Origin: Pedobacter sp.
Lineage (GTDB): Bacteria > Desulfobacterota > Desulfuromonadia > Desulfuromonadales > Syntrophotaleaceae
Reading direction: 5' to 3'
DNA length: 64,000 nt
NCBI GenBank assembly: GCA_050253415.1
Contig: JBFWJC010000001.1
Coordinates: 1 to 64,000, forward strand
Below, in pieces: positions 26,955 to 37,550 of this stretch. The position numbers and the translations under genes are program-made. Each line of letters opens with the position of its first letter. Position 1 is the first letter of the stretch. A model generated the notes under the pieces. The model was not told where the DNA came from. It did no database searches and worked only from the letters and a program-made list of their open reading frames with translations.

Positions 26955-28364
26955 TCACTTTTTTGGCGGCAAGACATCGGTTATGGAACCGGCTACCATC
27001 TCCGCAGCCAGGGCGAACGTCTCCGACAAGGTTGGATGAGCATGGATGGTCCGGCTGATATCCTCGGCATCGGCGCCCATCTCCATGGCCAACACCGCCT
27101 CGTGGATCAGTTCGCCGGCGTGACTCCCGCAAACCCCGGCCCCGATGATGCGGCCGGTGGCGCGGTCAAACAATGCCTTGCTGATGCCTTGAGTGTGCCC
27201 CGTACACAGGGCGCGGCCGCTGGCATGCCAGGGGAAGGTACCCTTGCGATAAGCGATGCCCCGTTCTGCGGCCTGCTTTTCCGTGATGCCCATCCAGGCG
27301 ATCTCCGGAGAGGTGTATGCCACCGACGGTATGGTCATTGGCGTAAAAGCCGCCTTACATTCGGCGATGACCTCAGCGGCCACCTTGCCCTGATGCGTCG
27401 CCTTATGGGCCAGCATCGGCCCCACCACCACATCGCCAATGGCATAAACATGGGCCACGGCGGTCTGCTGGCGTTCATTGACCGTGAGAAAGCCATGGGT
27501 ATTGACTTCCAGGTCAATTTTATCCAGGCCCAACCCTGCGGTGTTCGGCCGGCGTCCGACAGCTACCAATACCACGTCGTATTCACCGGTTTTCTCTTGC
27601 TCTTCTCCGGCGAAACCGACCTGGATACCGCTGTCCCTGGCGATAATTTCGGCGACCCGGGTACCGGTCAGGAGCCGGTATTTATCCTTCAGTTTGCGCA
27701 ACAGGGGCTGCACCAGGTCCTGATCGGCGGGTGGAATAAGCTGGTCGCACATCTCGACGATGGTGATAGCAGACCCCAGGGAGCTGTAAACCTGCGCCAT
27801 CTCCAGGCCGATAATGCCGCCGCCAACGATCAGTAGCCGCTTCGGTACATAAGACAGATCCAGGGCGTCATCGGAATCCCAGATGCGGGGATCGTCCGGG
27901 GCACCCGGCAGGACAGAGGCATGCGAGCCGGTGGCGATGATAGCATCTTTAAAGGTGATCTCCGTCGTCCCTTGTTTCCCGACAACCCCAATGGTTTGCG
28001 GATCCCGAAACTCCCCCCGACCGGTTATGCGGGTAATTTTGCGGACTTTGCTCAAGGTGTCCAGGCCGTCTGCCAGTTGCTGAACGATTTGGTCTTTTTT
28101 ACGCCGCAAGGCGTCCAGGTCGATCTCGGGTCTGGTGAATGTCAAACCGATTGCCCCCGCCTCGTGAGTCGCTTCGAGAACCGACGCGGCGTGAAGCAGG
28201 GTTTTGGAGGGAATGCAGCCGACATGCAGGCAGACCCCGCCCAGCCGGGAGCGTTCATCGATCAGGCAGACGGAAAGGCCCAGGTCGGCGGCCCGAAAAG
28301 CGGCCGTGTAACCGCCTGGACCGCCACCCAGCACAACGAGATCGAATTCCTGTTTTTCTGCCAT
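26955..28364 (-). CDS. lpdA: Dihydrolipoamide dehydrogenase (E3)
   Basis: GGGPGGY, GGVCLHVGCIPSK, HAHPTLSE. Confidence 0.95.
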   Translation of the reverse strand: MAEKQEFDLVVLGGGPGGYTAAFRAADLGLSVCLIDERSRLGGVCLHVGCIPSKTLLHAASVLEATHEAGAIGLTFTRPEIDLDALRRKKDQIVQQLADGLDTLSKVRKITRITGRGEFRDPQTIGVVGKQGTTEITFKDAIIATGSHASVLPGAPDDPRIWDSDDALDLSYVPKRLLIVGGGIIGLEMAQVYSSLGSAITIVEMCDQLIPPADQDLVQPLLRKLKDKYRLLTGTRVAEIIARDSGIQVGFAGEEQEKTGEYDVVLVAVGRRPNTAGLGLDKIDLEVNTHGFLTVNERQQTAVAHVYAIGDVVVGPMLAHKATHQGKVAAEVIAECKAAFTPMTIPSVAYTSPEIAWMGITEKQAAERGIAYRKGTFPWHASGRALCTGHTQGISKALFDRATGRIIGAGVCGSHAGELIHEAVLAMEMGADAEDISRTIHAHPTLSETFALAAEMVAGSITDVLPPKK

Positions 28365-28397
28365 GTTATTCTCCGTAACGGAAAAACTTTAAGTCTG

Positions 28398-28506
28398 TCT
28401 CACGCGAAGCCGCGAAGAACGCGAAGAGAAACAAATACTTATAAAAACATGTGCCATCGTTTTGGAATTTAAAGGTGTTCTTCGCGCCTTCGCGGCTTGG
28501 CGTGAT
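28398..28506. repeat. Intergenic inverted repeat built from CGCGAAG units
   Basis: TCACGCGAAGCCGCGAAGAACGCGAAGA ... TCTTCGCGCCTTCGCGGCTTGGCGTGA; related half copy at ~26831-26877. Confidence 0.6.
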
Positions 28507-28556
28507 CAAATCGAATGGCTCTGGCCTTTGATTCAAAAAAACAACACACCATTAAA

Positions 28557-30005
28557 TCACAGCAGCGCCCGCCGCAAATCCTCGATATCCCGGCTCAAAG
28601 CCCGGCAGAAGCGGGCCGCCTCCGCACCGTCGATAACCCGATGATCGTAGGACAGGGAAAACGGCAGCATCAGGCGCGGCTCAAAGGTCTCGCCATTCCA
28701 CACCGGCTTGCGGTGATACCTGGCCAGACCGAGGATGGCGACCTGCGGCGCATTGACGATGGGGGTGAAACCGGTGCCGCCGATGCCGCCGAGACTGGAG
28801 ATGGTGAAAGAGGCGCCCTGCAGATCGGCGATCTCCAGTTTTCCATCCCGCGCCGCGGTGCTGAGTCTCTTCAGATCTTTGGCGATATCCGCCATGCCCT
28901 TGGTATCGGCGTGTTTGATCACCGGCACCACCAGCCCCTGCGGCGTGTCCACGGCGATGCCGATATGGTGGTAATGCTTGAGGATCACCGTTTCCCCATC
29001 CGGCCCCAGGGAACTGTTGAACAGGGGGAACTCCCTGAGAGTGGCCACCAGCGCTTTGACGACAAAAACCAGGGGACTGAAATGCACCCCGTCCTGCGTC
29101 GCCTCTTCATTGAGTTGTTGGCGAAATTCTTCCAGATCGGTGACTTCAGCCTCATCGAAATGGGTCACCTGGGGGACGGCAAGCCAGCTCCTGTGCAACC
29201 GGGCACCGGCGATCTTTTTAATGCGGCTTAACGGTACCTCCTCGATCTCCCCGTATTTGCCGAAATCTTGCAGCGGGACCTTTGGCAGGGCGTAACTTGC
29301 CTCGCCGCCGGTACTCTGCATGGCCTGCTTTACCCGCAGTTGCACATCCTCCTTGAGGATGCGGCCTTTCGCTCCGCTGCCTTCAACCTCGGACAAGTCC
29401 ACACCGAGTTCCCGCGCATAAGCCCGCACCGAGGGTGTCGCATGAGATACCGATCCGGGGCTCTGGCTGTTAACCGGGGGGGGCGGCGCCTCCGTCCCAG
29501 GTGCACTTGTTTTTGGCTCTTCCGTCGGCAACCCGGCTTCCCTGTCGGTCAGATCCTTCCCCTGCCGGTCCCCATTTAACGGTTGCTTTTCTTCCTCCGG
29601 CGGGGCCTTCGCCTGGTTACCCTCGGACGGTTCCGTCTTCTCCTCCTCTTCGGCTTCCTTGTCGGTCGAATCCTTCTCCTGCCGGTCCCCATTTAACGGT
29701 CGCTTTTCTTCCTCCGGCGGGGCATTCACCTGGTTACCCTCGGATGGCTCAGTCTTCTCCCCCTCCTCGGCTACCTCGATCGTGAGAATCAGATCGCCTG
29801 TTTTCACCGGGTCGTTTTGCTTGACGCTTACTTCTTTCACCACGCCTGCAAGGGGTGAAGGGATATCCATCACCGCTTTATCACTCTCCAAAGCGATCAA
29901 TGAATCCTCCATCGCGACCCGGTCGCCGGAGGCTACATACACGTCGACGACGATGATCTTCTCAAAATCGCCAAAATCGGGAACCGTGACCTGCTCAATG
30001 GCCAT
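28557..30005 (-). CDS. aceF: Pyruvate dehydrogenase E2, dihydrolipoamide acetyltransferase (one lipoyl domain)
   Basis: ESDKA lipoyl site, HATPSVRAYARELGV E3-binding domain, YDHRVIDG. Confidence 0.93.
   Translation of the reverse strand: MAIEQVTVPDFGDFEKIIVVDVYVASGDRVAMEDSLIALESDKAVMDIPSPLAGVVKEVSVKQNDPVKTGDLILTIEVAEEGEKTEPSEGNQVNAPPEEEKRPLNGDRQEKDSTDKEAEEEEKTEPSEGNQAKAPPEEEKQPLNGDRQGKDLTDREAGLPTEEPKTSAPGTEAPPPPVNSQSPGSVSHATPSVRAYARELGVDLSEVEGSGAKGRILKEDVQLRVKQAMQSTGGEASYALPKVPLQDFGKYGEIEEVPLSRIKKIAGARLHRSWLAVPQVTHFDEAEVTDLEEFRQQLNEEATQDGVHFSPLVFVVKALVATLREFPLFNSSLGPDGETVILKHYHHIGIAVDTPQGLVVPVIKHADTKGMADIAKDLKRLSTAARDGKLEIADLQGASFTISSLGGIGGTGFTPIVNAPQVAILGLARYHRKPVWNGETFEPRLMLPFSLSYDHRVIDGAEAARFCRALSRDIEDLRRALL
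29534..29772. repeat. 117-bp (39-codon) tandem duplication in aceF linker
   Basis: EKTEPSEGNQ..APPEEEK.PLNGDRQ.KD.TD.EA twice; CGGCTTCC at 29534 and 29651. Confidence 0.9.
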
Positions 30006-30064
30006 ATGCCATGCTCCTTATAAAAACGGGATATTCAAACAGCAAAGGACTGAACCTCCACAAA

Positions 30065-32725
30065 TTAGCGATCGATAGAATGCGGAGCTTCGGGGTTAAG
30101 CCCGTATCGGGTTATGGCGTCCGTAACCGTCGAATTCGGCAACACTTCCTGATCAGCCAGAGCCTTAAGGGCCGCGGCAGCCACATAATAGCGGTCCACC
30201 TTGAAGAAATCGCGCAACACCGCTCTGGTATCGCTACGTCCGAAACCGTCGGTGCCGAGGACGGTCAGCGGCCTGTTGAGCAGGCTGCGAATCTGCTCGG
30301 CATAGGCCCTTACATAGTCGGTGCTGATGACCACCGGTCCCTCGTGCCCTTGCAACGCTTCCTCGACCCAGGATTTACGGGGTTCTTGTTCGGGATGCAG
30401 GCGATTCCACTCTTCCACCTGCATGCCGTTACGGTGCAGCTGGTTGATGCCGAGCACCGACCAGACATCCGCTTGCACGCCAAAATCCCCCCGCAGCAGA
30501 TCGGCGGCCGCGAGGACCTCGCGCAGAATCGCGCCACTGCCCATAAGTTGCACCCTCGGGCCCTGCCCTTCGGCTTTGCGAAACAGGTACATGCCGCGCT
30601 GAATACCTTCCTCGACTCCGTCCGGCATGGCCGGCTGGGGGTAATTTTCATTGAGCAGGGTGATGTAATAAAAGACATCCTCGCCGTTGGCGTACATGCG
30701 CTCGATGCCCTGCTGCACCAGCACCGTCAATTCGTAACCGAAGGTCGGGTCGTAGGCCTGACAGGTCGGGAACGCCGAGGCAAACAACAGCCCCTGACCG
30801 TCCTGGTGTTGCAGGCCCTCGCCGTTCAGGGTCGTCCGTCCCGAGGTGGCCCCCAGCAAAAACCCTCTGGCTCGGCTGTCACCGGCCGCCCACAGCAGAT
30901 CGGCGACGCGCTGAAAGCCGAACATGGAATAGAAGGTGTACAAAGGGATCATCGGCACCCCGTAGTTGGCGTGGGCCGTGCCGGCCGCAATCCAGGAAGA
31001 AACCGCACCGGCCTCGGTAATCCCTTCCTCGAGAATCTGCCCTTCGGGATCTTCCCGATACCACGCAACGGTCTCGGCGTCCTGGGGTTCGTAAAGCTGC
31101 CCGATCGGAGCATAGATACCCAGTTGCCGGAATAGGCCCTCCATGCCGAAAGTTCGGGCCTCATCGGGGATGATGGGCACAATATGCTTGCCGATGTTCT
31201 CATCCTTGACCAGGGCGCCAAGCAGGCGCACGAACACCATGGTGGTTGAAACCTCCCGCTCGTTCGACGATTCGAGAAGTTTCTCAAAAGCGGCAAGCGG
31301 CGGAGCGGAAAGGGAAACATGTTCGCTGCGGCGAAACGGTACCGGTCCGCCGAGCGCTTTGCGTTGTCGCTGCGCAAACTGTTCCTCGGGGCTGCCTTGC
31401 GGCGGTTGGATAAAAGGCAGAGCCGGCAGCTCATCATCCTGCAGCGGCACATGGAACCGATCGCGAAACGCCTTGAGGGACTCCAGATCCATTTTCTTTA
31501 CGTTATGGGCCACCATCTCCGACTCTCCGGCCTGCCCCATACCGAACCCCTTGACGGTTTTCACCAGGATCACCGTCGGCTGGCCCCGATGCCGACAAGC
31601 GGCGCTGAAAGCAGCGTAGACCTTCCTGGGATCATGTCCGCCCCGGCTCATCTGCCACAGATCCCGGTCACTCATGCCTTCGATGAGGGCGAGCAGGCGG
31701 GGATCGTCGCCAAATATCTTCTCCCGCAAATAAGCCGCCCCGCGGGCATGGATAGTCTGAAACTCGCCATCGACCATGCTGCCGAGCTTTTTCAGCAACA
31801 AACCCTCGGTATCCCGTTCCAGAATGGCATCCCACTCGCTGCCCCAGATCAGCTTGATCACATTCCAACCGGCCCCCCGGAAGCGGCCTTCCAGCTCCTG
31901 GATGATCTTGCCGTTGCCCCGCACCGGCCCGTCGAGGCGCTGCAGGTTGCAATTCACCACAAAAATCAGCTGGTCGAGTTGCTCCCGCGCCGCCAGGGAC
32001 AATGCACCCAGGGCTTCCGGTTCATCCGTTTCGCCGTCCCCCAGGAACACCCATACCTTGCGATCGCCGGCAGGTTTAAGCTGTCGGCTATGCAGGTATT
32101 TCATGAAGCGCGCCTGGTAGATAGCCATGATCGGCCCCAGCCCCATGGACACCGTCGGAAACTCCCAGAATTGCGGCATCAGCCACGGGTGGGGATAGGA
32201 GGACAATCCCCTCCCACCGGCCTCCTGGCGGAAAAGGGCCATCTGCTCCTCGTCCAGCCGCCCCTCGACAAAAGCACGGGCATACACGCCCGGTGAACTG
32301 TGCCCCTGAAAATAGACCATATCCGCGCCATGCTCCGCCTGCGGCCCGCGAAAAAACCAGTTGAAGCCGACCTCGTACATGGACGAAATGGAACTGTAGG
32401 TCGCGATATGGCCGCCGAGCGCCTTGCCGTCCTTATTCGCCCGCACCACCATCGCCATGGCGTTCCAGCGCACATAGGCGGCCAGGTTGCGCGCGGTCAG
32501 GGAATCGTCTTGCGGCATCTTCTCTTCGTCACCCGGCACGAGGGTATTGCAGTAGGGGGTGAGGAGACCCGGCGAGGTGGATACCCCCAGGGAACGGGCC
32601 CTGTCGGTCAACTGCCGCAGCAGGTAATCGGCCTTCTCCGGGCCTTCCGCCGCAATCATTCCCTCCAGGGATTCCAGCCAGTCGCGGGTCTCTGCCGGAT
32701 CGGGATCTTGGTAGTAATCGGTCAT
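30065..32725 (-). CDS. aceE: Pyruvate dehydrogenase E1, homodimeric type
   Basis: DPDPAETRDWLES, GGHIATY, FPTVSMGLGP, GDGETDEPE, EGLQHQDG. Confidence 0.95.
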   Translation of the reverse strand: MTDYYQDPDPAETRDWLESLEGMIAAEGPEKADYLLRQLTDRARSLGVSTSPGLLTPYCNTLVPGDEEKMPQDDSLTARNLAAYVRWNAMAMVVRANKDGKALGGHIATYSSISSMYEVGFNWFFRGPQAEHGADMVYFQGHSSPGVYARAFVEGRLDEEQMALFRQEAGGRGLSSYPHPWLMPQFWEFPTVSMGLGPIMAIYQARFMKYLHSRQLKPAGDRKVWVFLGDGETDEPEALGALSLAAREQLDQLIFVVNCNLQRLDGPVRGNGKIIQELEGRFRGAGWNVIKLIWGSEWDAILERDTEGLLLKKLGSMVDGEFQTIHARGAAYLREKIFGDDPRLLALIEGMSDRDLWQMSRGGHDPRKVYAAFSAACRHRGQPTVILVKTVKGFGMGQAGESEMVAHNVKKMDLESLKAFRDRFHVPLQDDELPALPFIQPPQGSPEEQFAQRQRKALGGPVPFRRSEHVSLSAPPLAAFEKLLESSNEREVSTTMVFVRLLGALVKDENIGKHIVPIIPDEARTFGMEGLFRQLGIYAPIGQLYEPQDAETVAWYREDPEGQILEEGITEAGAVSSWIAAGTAHANYGVPMIPLYTFYSMFGFQRVADLLWAAGDSRARGFLLGATSGRTTLNGEGLQHQDGQGLLFASAFPTCQAYDPTFGYELTVLVQQGIERMYANGEDVFYYITLLNENYPQPAMPDGVEEGIQRGMYLFRKAEGQGPRVQLMGSGAILREVLAAADLLRGDFGVQADVWSVLGINQLHRNGMQVEEWNRLHPEQEPRKSWVEEALQGHEGPVVISTDYVRAYAEQIRSLLNRPLTVLGTDGFGRSDTRAVLRDFFKVDRYYVAAAALKALADQEVLPNSTVTDAITRYGLNPEAPHSIDR

Positions 32726-33072
32726 TGGATTCCTCATATAAGGGGCACAACGGCGGTTTGCCCGGCCTCAATGCATCGAGGCTTATATTTCCGATATCGG
32801 TGTGCTGAATCGACAGGCACGACTTTGCTTGGAACATCCGCTAACAAAGCTAAAGGATATCATTTTGGAAGGGAATTTCAGCACGGTTGACAGATGGTGG
32901 GTGTGCTGGTGATGATGCAACGTGACAACCAGGCCACTTCCATCCCGGACGCGGTCTGGTCAAATTTTTCCAAGGAAACGGATAAGTTCATTCAAAAAGA
33001 AGACGCCATAAACGACGTGCACATAAACGCAACCGGTCGTTGTTCAATAGCGAAAAAGCTTAAATTCCAGGA

Positions 33073-33621
33073 TCATTCCGGACTTTTTAGCATATTCTTG
33101 AACTCTTTTTGCAGTTTATGAATCTTCGGATCGATAATAACCCGGCAATACATCTGATCAGGATTGTGTTGATAGTAGTCCTGGTGCCCTTCTTCGGCCG
33201 GATAAAAGTTAGTATACGGGACGATCTCGGTCACGATCGGATCGGACCAGTAACCGGTCTCCTCAGCTTCCCGCCTTGACCGCTCGGCAATCTGCCGTTG
33301 ATTATCGTCGTGATAAAAGATAACCGACCGGTACTGGGTACCGACATCGGCGCCCTGGCGGTTGCGGGTGGTGGGGTCATGGCTGCGCCAGAAGACCTCC
33401 AGCAGTTCGGCAAAGCTGATCACCCCGGGATCAAAAGCAACCTGCACCGCTTCTGCATGGCCGGTCGTTCCGCTGCAGACCTGTCGGTAGGTGGGATTCG
33501 CCACCGCTCCACCGGAATAGCCAGAGACAACCGTCTCCACACCCCTAAGTCGACTGAAGACCGCCTCCACACACCAGAAGCAGCCCGCAGCAAAGGTCGC
33601 CGTTTCAAATTGCCTGGTCAT
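33073..33621 (-). CDS. msrA: Peptide methionine sulfoxide reductase A
   Basis: AGCFWCVE, TGHAEAVQ, RQGADVGTQYRS, AEEGHQDY. Confidence 0.95.
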   Translation of the reverse strand: MTRQFETATFAAGCFWCVEAVFSRLRGVETVVSGYSGGAVANPTYRQVCSGTTGHAEAVQVAFDPGVISFAELLEVFWRSHDPTTRNRQGADVGTQYRSVIFYHDDNQRQIAERSRREAEETGYWSDPIVTEIVPYTNFYPAEEGHQDYYQHNPDQMYCRVIIDPKIHKLQKEFKNMLKSPE

Positions 33622-33896
33622 AGGTCCGCACCCCCTTTCCATTGGTCACTGGTCTATTGTACCAAACGGTGAGCCGATTCAAAAATAGCGCCGACAAACA
33701 CCCTGACCGTCCAAACTACTTCGGTAGCCGAATCCATCGAAATGAATCCACACTTGGAACATTGTACGGGAAGAGCTAAACGTAAATACGTGGGATGCTC
33801 CTCTTGACAGTTTGCACCGAAATTAACTAATGTGTTCAAACAATCATGAAATAAAACCCGTTTATATCGCTCTGATCAAGACCGCCGGTTAAGGAT

Positions 33897-35453
33897 ATGA
33901 CCTTGCCTCTGCAATCACCTCCGGTCCAACGAGCTGTCCCCTCTCAGGGATGGCGCATCCTGATTACGACCGTCTGCCTGCTGCTCGGCACGACAATCCT
34001 TTTCCTGTTGAGCCGCTTCAATTACCTGCTGTTTCACGGAGTGACGGAACTTTCAAGTGTGGCGGTGGCCATCACCACCTTCAGCATCGGCTGGCACACA
34101 AGGCATATCAACCGCAACCATTCGTTCACCCTGCTGGCCTCGGCCTATCTGAGTATCGGCCTTCTCGATCTGTTGCATACACTGTCCTACAAAGGCATGG
34201 GGGTTTTCCCAGGTGCGGGCTCCGATGTTCCGACCCAGTTCTGGATCGCCGCGCGTAGTCTGCAAGCAGGCGCCTATCTGGCTTCCGGTTGGCTGTTGGG
34301 CCGCAACGGCTCATTTAAGGCCCGCAACTGGCTGATCGGCTTTTCTGCCATCGGTCTGCTGCTTGGCTTGGCCATCTGGCCATTGCATGCATTCCCTTCC
34401 TGCCTTAACGAAGGGGGGCTCACCCCGTTCAAGATCGGAACGGAATATCTTATCAGCGCCGTGCTGGCCTGTAGTGGCTGGCTTTATTGGCAAAGACGCG
34501 CGCATCTCGACCCGAGGCTGACTTCCCTGATGCTGGCTTCGATTGGCCTGGCGATTGTTTCCGAACTGACCTTTACCTTTTATCAGGATGTCTATGGCTT
34601 GACCAACTGCTTCGGTCACCTGTTCAAGATAGCATCCGTCTTCCTTGTCTACCGCGCACTGATTCTGGGATCCCTGAGAACTCCTTACCAGACTCTGTTC
34701 CGAGAGCTCAGCCAATCCCACCAAGACCTCGACCTGGAACTTGTCCAACGGCGGATGATCGAACAGCAACTGCGTGCCGCCAACTGGGAACTGGATACCT
34801 TCGTCCATACCATTGCCCATGACCTGCGCTCACCACTGACCGTATTTATCTCCGGCACCGAAATGGTCCGCCGCCAACTCCGGCCCCATATGACGGAAGA
34901 TCTCGACGACATGCTGCTGAGCATCGAACAAAAAGGGTGGCAGATGGCCCATATGCTTGAAGACCTGTTGCACTTGGCCTGCATTGGTCGCATGGAGCAA
35001 CCGCCCGAAAAGGTTATCCCTTCCCATATCATCACCAGGGTCACCTGTGACCTGGAGAAACAGATCCATGCCAACGGTACCCAGGTGATCACGGAACCCC
35101 TGCCTGAACTGGAAGCCCATCCGACCCTCATCTATCAATTGTTTGCCAACCTTATCGGTAATGCCGTCCGCTATGCGGGTGGACCCAATAGCCCGATCAT
35201 CATTGGCGGCCAGCGCACCGGCCAGTTGGTGCGTTTCTTCGTACAAGACCATGGTCCCGGCATTTCCAAGGAAGAAAAAGACAAACTGGGAGAGGCGTTT
35301 TATCGTGGCAAAAACGCCGGCAGCCATTCGGGTACAGGTATTGGCCTGGCCATCGTTCAAAAAATCACCCGATATTACCAAGGGCGTCTCTGGATCACGG
35401 ATACGCCCGGCGGCGGCGCCACCTTCTGGGTGGAGTTGCAGGAACCTGCGTAA
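33897..35453 (+). CDS. Sensor histidine kinase with MASE3 membrane domain
   Basis: NYLLFH..ELSS, LHTLSYKGMGVF, TQFWIAAR; AHDLRSPL H-box, NLIGNA, DHGPG, GTGIGL. Confidence 0.9.
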   Translation: MTLPLQSPPVQRAVPSQGWRILITTVCLLLGTTILFLLSRFNYLLFHGVTELSSVAVAITTFSIGWHTRHINRNHSFTLLASAYLSIGLLDLLHTLSYKGMGVFPGAGSDVPTQFWIAARSLQAGAYLASGWLLGRNGSFKARNWLIGFSAIGLLLGLAIWPLHAFPSCLNEGGLTPFKIGTEYLISAVLACSGWLYWQRRAHLDPRLTSLMLASIGLAIVSELTFTFYQDVYGLTNCFGHLFKIASVFLVYRALILGSLRTPYQTLFRELSQSHQDLDLELVQRRMIEQQLRAANWELDTFVHTIAHDLRSPLTVFISGTEMVRRQLRPHMTEDLDDMLLSIEQKGWQMAHMLEDLLHLACIGRMEQPPEKVIPSHIITRVTCDLEKQIHANGTQVITEPLPELEAHPTLIYQLFANLIGNAVRYAGGPNSPIIIGGQRTGQLVRFFVQDHGPGISKEEKDKLGEAFYRGKNAGSHSGTGIGLAIVQKITRYYQGRLWITDTPGGGATFWVELQEPA

Positions 35454-35750
35454 CCCCACCTTAAATATCCCGAAAAGTACCGACCACCCGAAACATCCCC
35501 TAACGACTCATGCCCATGGTGCCTGCAACCGCAAAAGGTTCATTTAAAAATGGAAAGAGAGGGGTCCCGACCCGACAGGCATGCGCAGCTTCCCCTGCGG
35601 CATTATTTTGCTAGAATGAACAGGTACCTAGCCTGAGTTTGCAGGCGGACGGCTGCAAGACACCGTCGGACTGGCATCCGAATTTCTACTGTCAGCCTCA
35701 CAGGCATACGCGCTGCAACTGCAAGCTATTGAAAACATAAGGAATGCCGC

Positions 35751-36767
35751 ATGAAAGTTGCCATCGCCGGAGCCGGAATCACCGGAGCATACCTGTTCCG
35801 GATGCTGGAAAACCAGGGTTGCGAGGTGCACCTCTACGACCGGCGGAAAAACACCGGCTGCGGCCTGACTCCCTGCGCCTGGGGAACCTCAACCGACTTT
35901 ATCGAACTGGTATCCAACGCCGGGCTGGATGGGAATAAATATATTCTGCAACGGCTGGATCATTTGCAGATGGATGAGATCCGGGTCCGGGCGGAACTGC
36001 TGACCATCGACAAACCGCGGCTGATCAAAGACCTGCTGCGGGATACCAGCCCCAATCTCGCTCCTTTGCCGTTCGCCGATTATGACCGGGTGATCGATGC
36101 CACCGGCGTGGCTCGGGCTCTGCTGCCACCGGTTGCAGACGATCTGGTGCTGAATTGTCGTCAAGGGCTGGTGCAAAGCGATCAGGCACTGCCCAACCGG
36201 ATCAAGCTCGGCGGCATCGGCTACGCCTGGTGTTTTCCTCTGGACGACAACCGCTACCATATCGGCTGCGGCAACCTGCTCCACGATCCCGGGCAGTTTC
36301 TGGAGCAGCTCGGCTGGATCGATCATCTGTCCGCAAGCGGTACCGGCCGGGTCCTGTGCCGGTGCGACGGCGGAATCCGGCTGACCGGACCGCACCTGTC
36401 TCAACCTTTCGTCACCAAGCGTTTCGAGACCGAAATCTGGGGGATCGGCGAGGCCATCGGCTGCGTGGCGTCCTTGGCGGGAGACGGCATCGTGCCCGGC
36501 TTGCGCAGCGTGCAGCTGCTGCTGGCTGCCTGGCACGACCCGACACAATACCGGCAGGCGGTGCTGGATGAATTTCACTGGATGCGGGAAGAGCGAGCCA
36601 TTATCGAACGGCTGCGCCAGGGACAAGGCGTCGGGCTGCGGCAAGCCCGCGTGCTCAGGAAAAATTCGCAACGCATGGGAATGACGGTGGGGCTGCGGCA
36701 CGCCATCACGTTGTTGCGCAGGATGGGCAACGCGGCGGGATCCAGCGTGTGGGGTTCGGGTGGCTAA
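35751..36767 (+). CDS. FAD-dependent oxidoreductase, geranylgeranyl-reductase-like
   Basis: IAGAGITG, PCAWG, IDATG, GYAWCFPL, IGEAIGCV..LAGDGI. Confidence 0.75.
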   Translation: MKVAIAGAGITGAYLFRMLENQGCEVHLYDRRKNTGCGLTPCAWGTSTDFIELVSNAGLDGNKYILQRLDHLQMDEIRVRAELLTIDKPRLIKDLLRDTSPNLAPLPFADYDRVIDATGVARALLPPVADDLVLNCRQGLVQSDQALPNRIKLGGIGYAWCFPLDDNRYHIGCGNLLHDPGQFLEQLGWIDHLSASGTGRVLCRCDGGIRLTGPHLSQPFVTKRFETEIWGIGEAIGCVASLAGDGIVPGLRSVQLLLAAWHDPTQYRQAVLDEFHWMREERAIIERLRQGQGVGLRQARVLRKNSQRMGMTVGLRHAITLLRRMGNAAGSSVWGSGG

Positions 36768-36827
36768 CCACCTTAGTGGGAAAATCATTTTTTTTAAAAA
36801 AAAAGGGGGGGGGGAACCCGGCGGCTC

Positions 36828-37550
36828 ATGTCCACTCAGCGTTCCAAACTGGAGGTAGTGTATCGATTCTTTACCGACACCGGAGTCTCCTACGACCGGG
36901 TGGTTAACCTTTGCACCTGCGGATTCGACCGCTCCTGGAAAAAACGCATCCTCGCCGCCATCCCCCCGAATCCGAAGCATATCCTGGATCAGGCCTGCGG
37001 TACCGGCATTCTGACCCTGGCTATTGCCCGGGCCTTTCCGGACAGTCAGGTCACGGGGGTCGAGTTACGGGAAGAGTATCTGGCCATCGCACGGCACAAG
37101 GCCCACGCAGAGGGCCTTGGCAATGTCAGGTTCCGCCTCGGCCGCGCCGAAGAGGTGCTGCTGGAAGAACGCATCGACTGCATCACCTCCTCCTATCTGG
37201 CCAAGTACGCCGATCTGCAGCCTCTGTTGAGAAACGCCGACACCATGCTGCGCCCCGGCGGCCGCATCATCCTGCACGACTTCACCTATCCGCAGAACCG
37301 CCGGTTTTTGCTCCTCTGGCGGATCTGGTTCGCCCTGCTGCAAACGATCGGTTGCCGGATCTTTCCCGAGTGGCGCATCGTGTTTCAGGAACTGCCCGCG
37401 TTCCTGCAGGCAACCCGCTGGCTGCCGGAAACCCTCGCCCTGTTGCAGGCACTGGGCTTCGCCAAATTGACCCGCCAAGAGTTGACCTTCGGCACTTCGG
37501 CCATCGTCACCGCCGACAAACCCGGCGGGAGCCTGTTGACTTCTTCCTAG
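36828..37550 (+). CDS. Class I SAM methyltransferase, MenG/UbiE-like
   Basis: FF....SYDRVVN..T.GFDRSWKK, ILDQACGTG, LRPGGRII. Confidence 0.85.
   Translation: MSTQRSKLEVVYRFFTDTGVSYDRVVNLCTCGFDRSWKKRILAAIPPNPKHILDQACGTGILTLAIARAFPDSQVTGVELREEYLAIARHKAHAEGLGNVRFRLGRAEEVLLEERIDCITSSYLAKYADLQPLLRNADTMLRPGGRIILHDFTYPQNRRFLLLWRIWFALLQTIGCRIFPEWRIVFQELPAFLQATRWLPETLALLQALGFAKLTRQELTFGTSAIVTADKPGGSLLTSS

Noticed and set aside
32813..32830. Sigma54-like GGCACG..TTGC upstream of aceE
   Set aside because: Spacing is one base short and it lies on the wrong strand for aceE.
30011..32890. Long + strand ORFs (374, 325, 196 aa) opposite aceE
   Set aside because: Antisense shadows of a GC-rich gene; no motifs or RBS.
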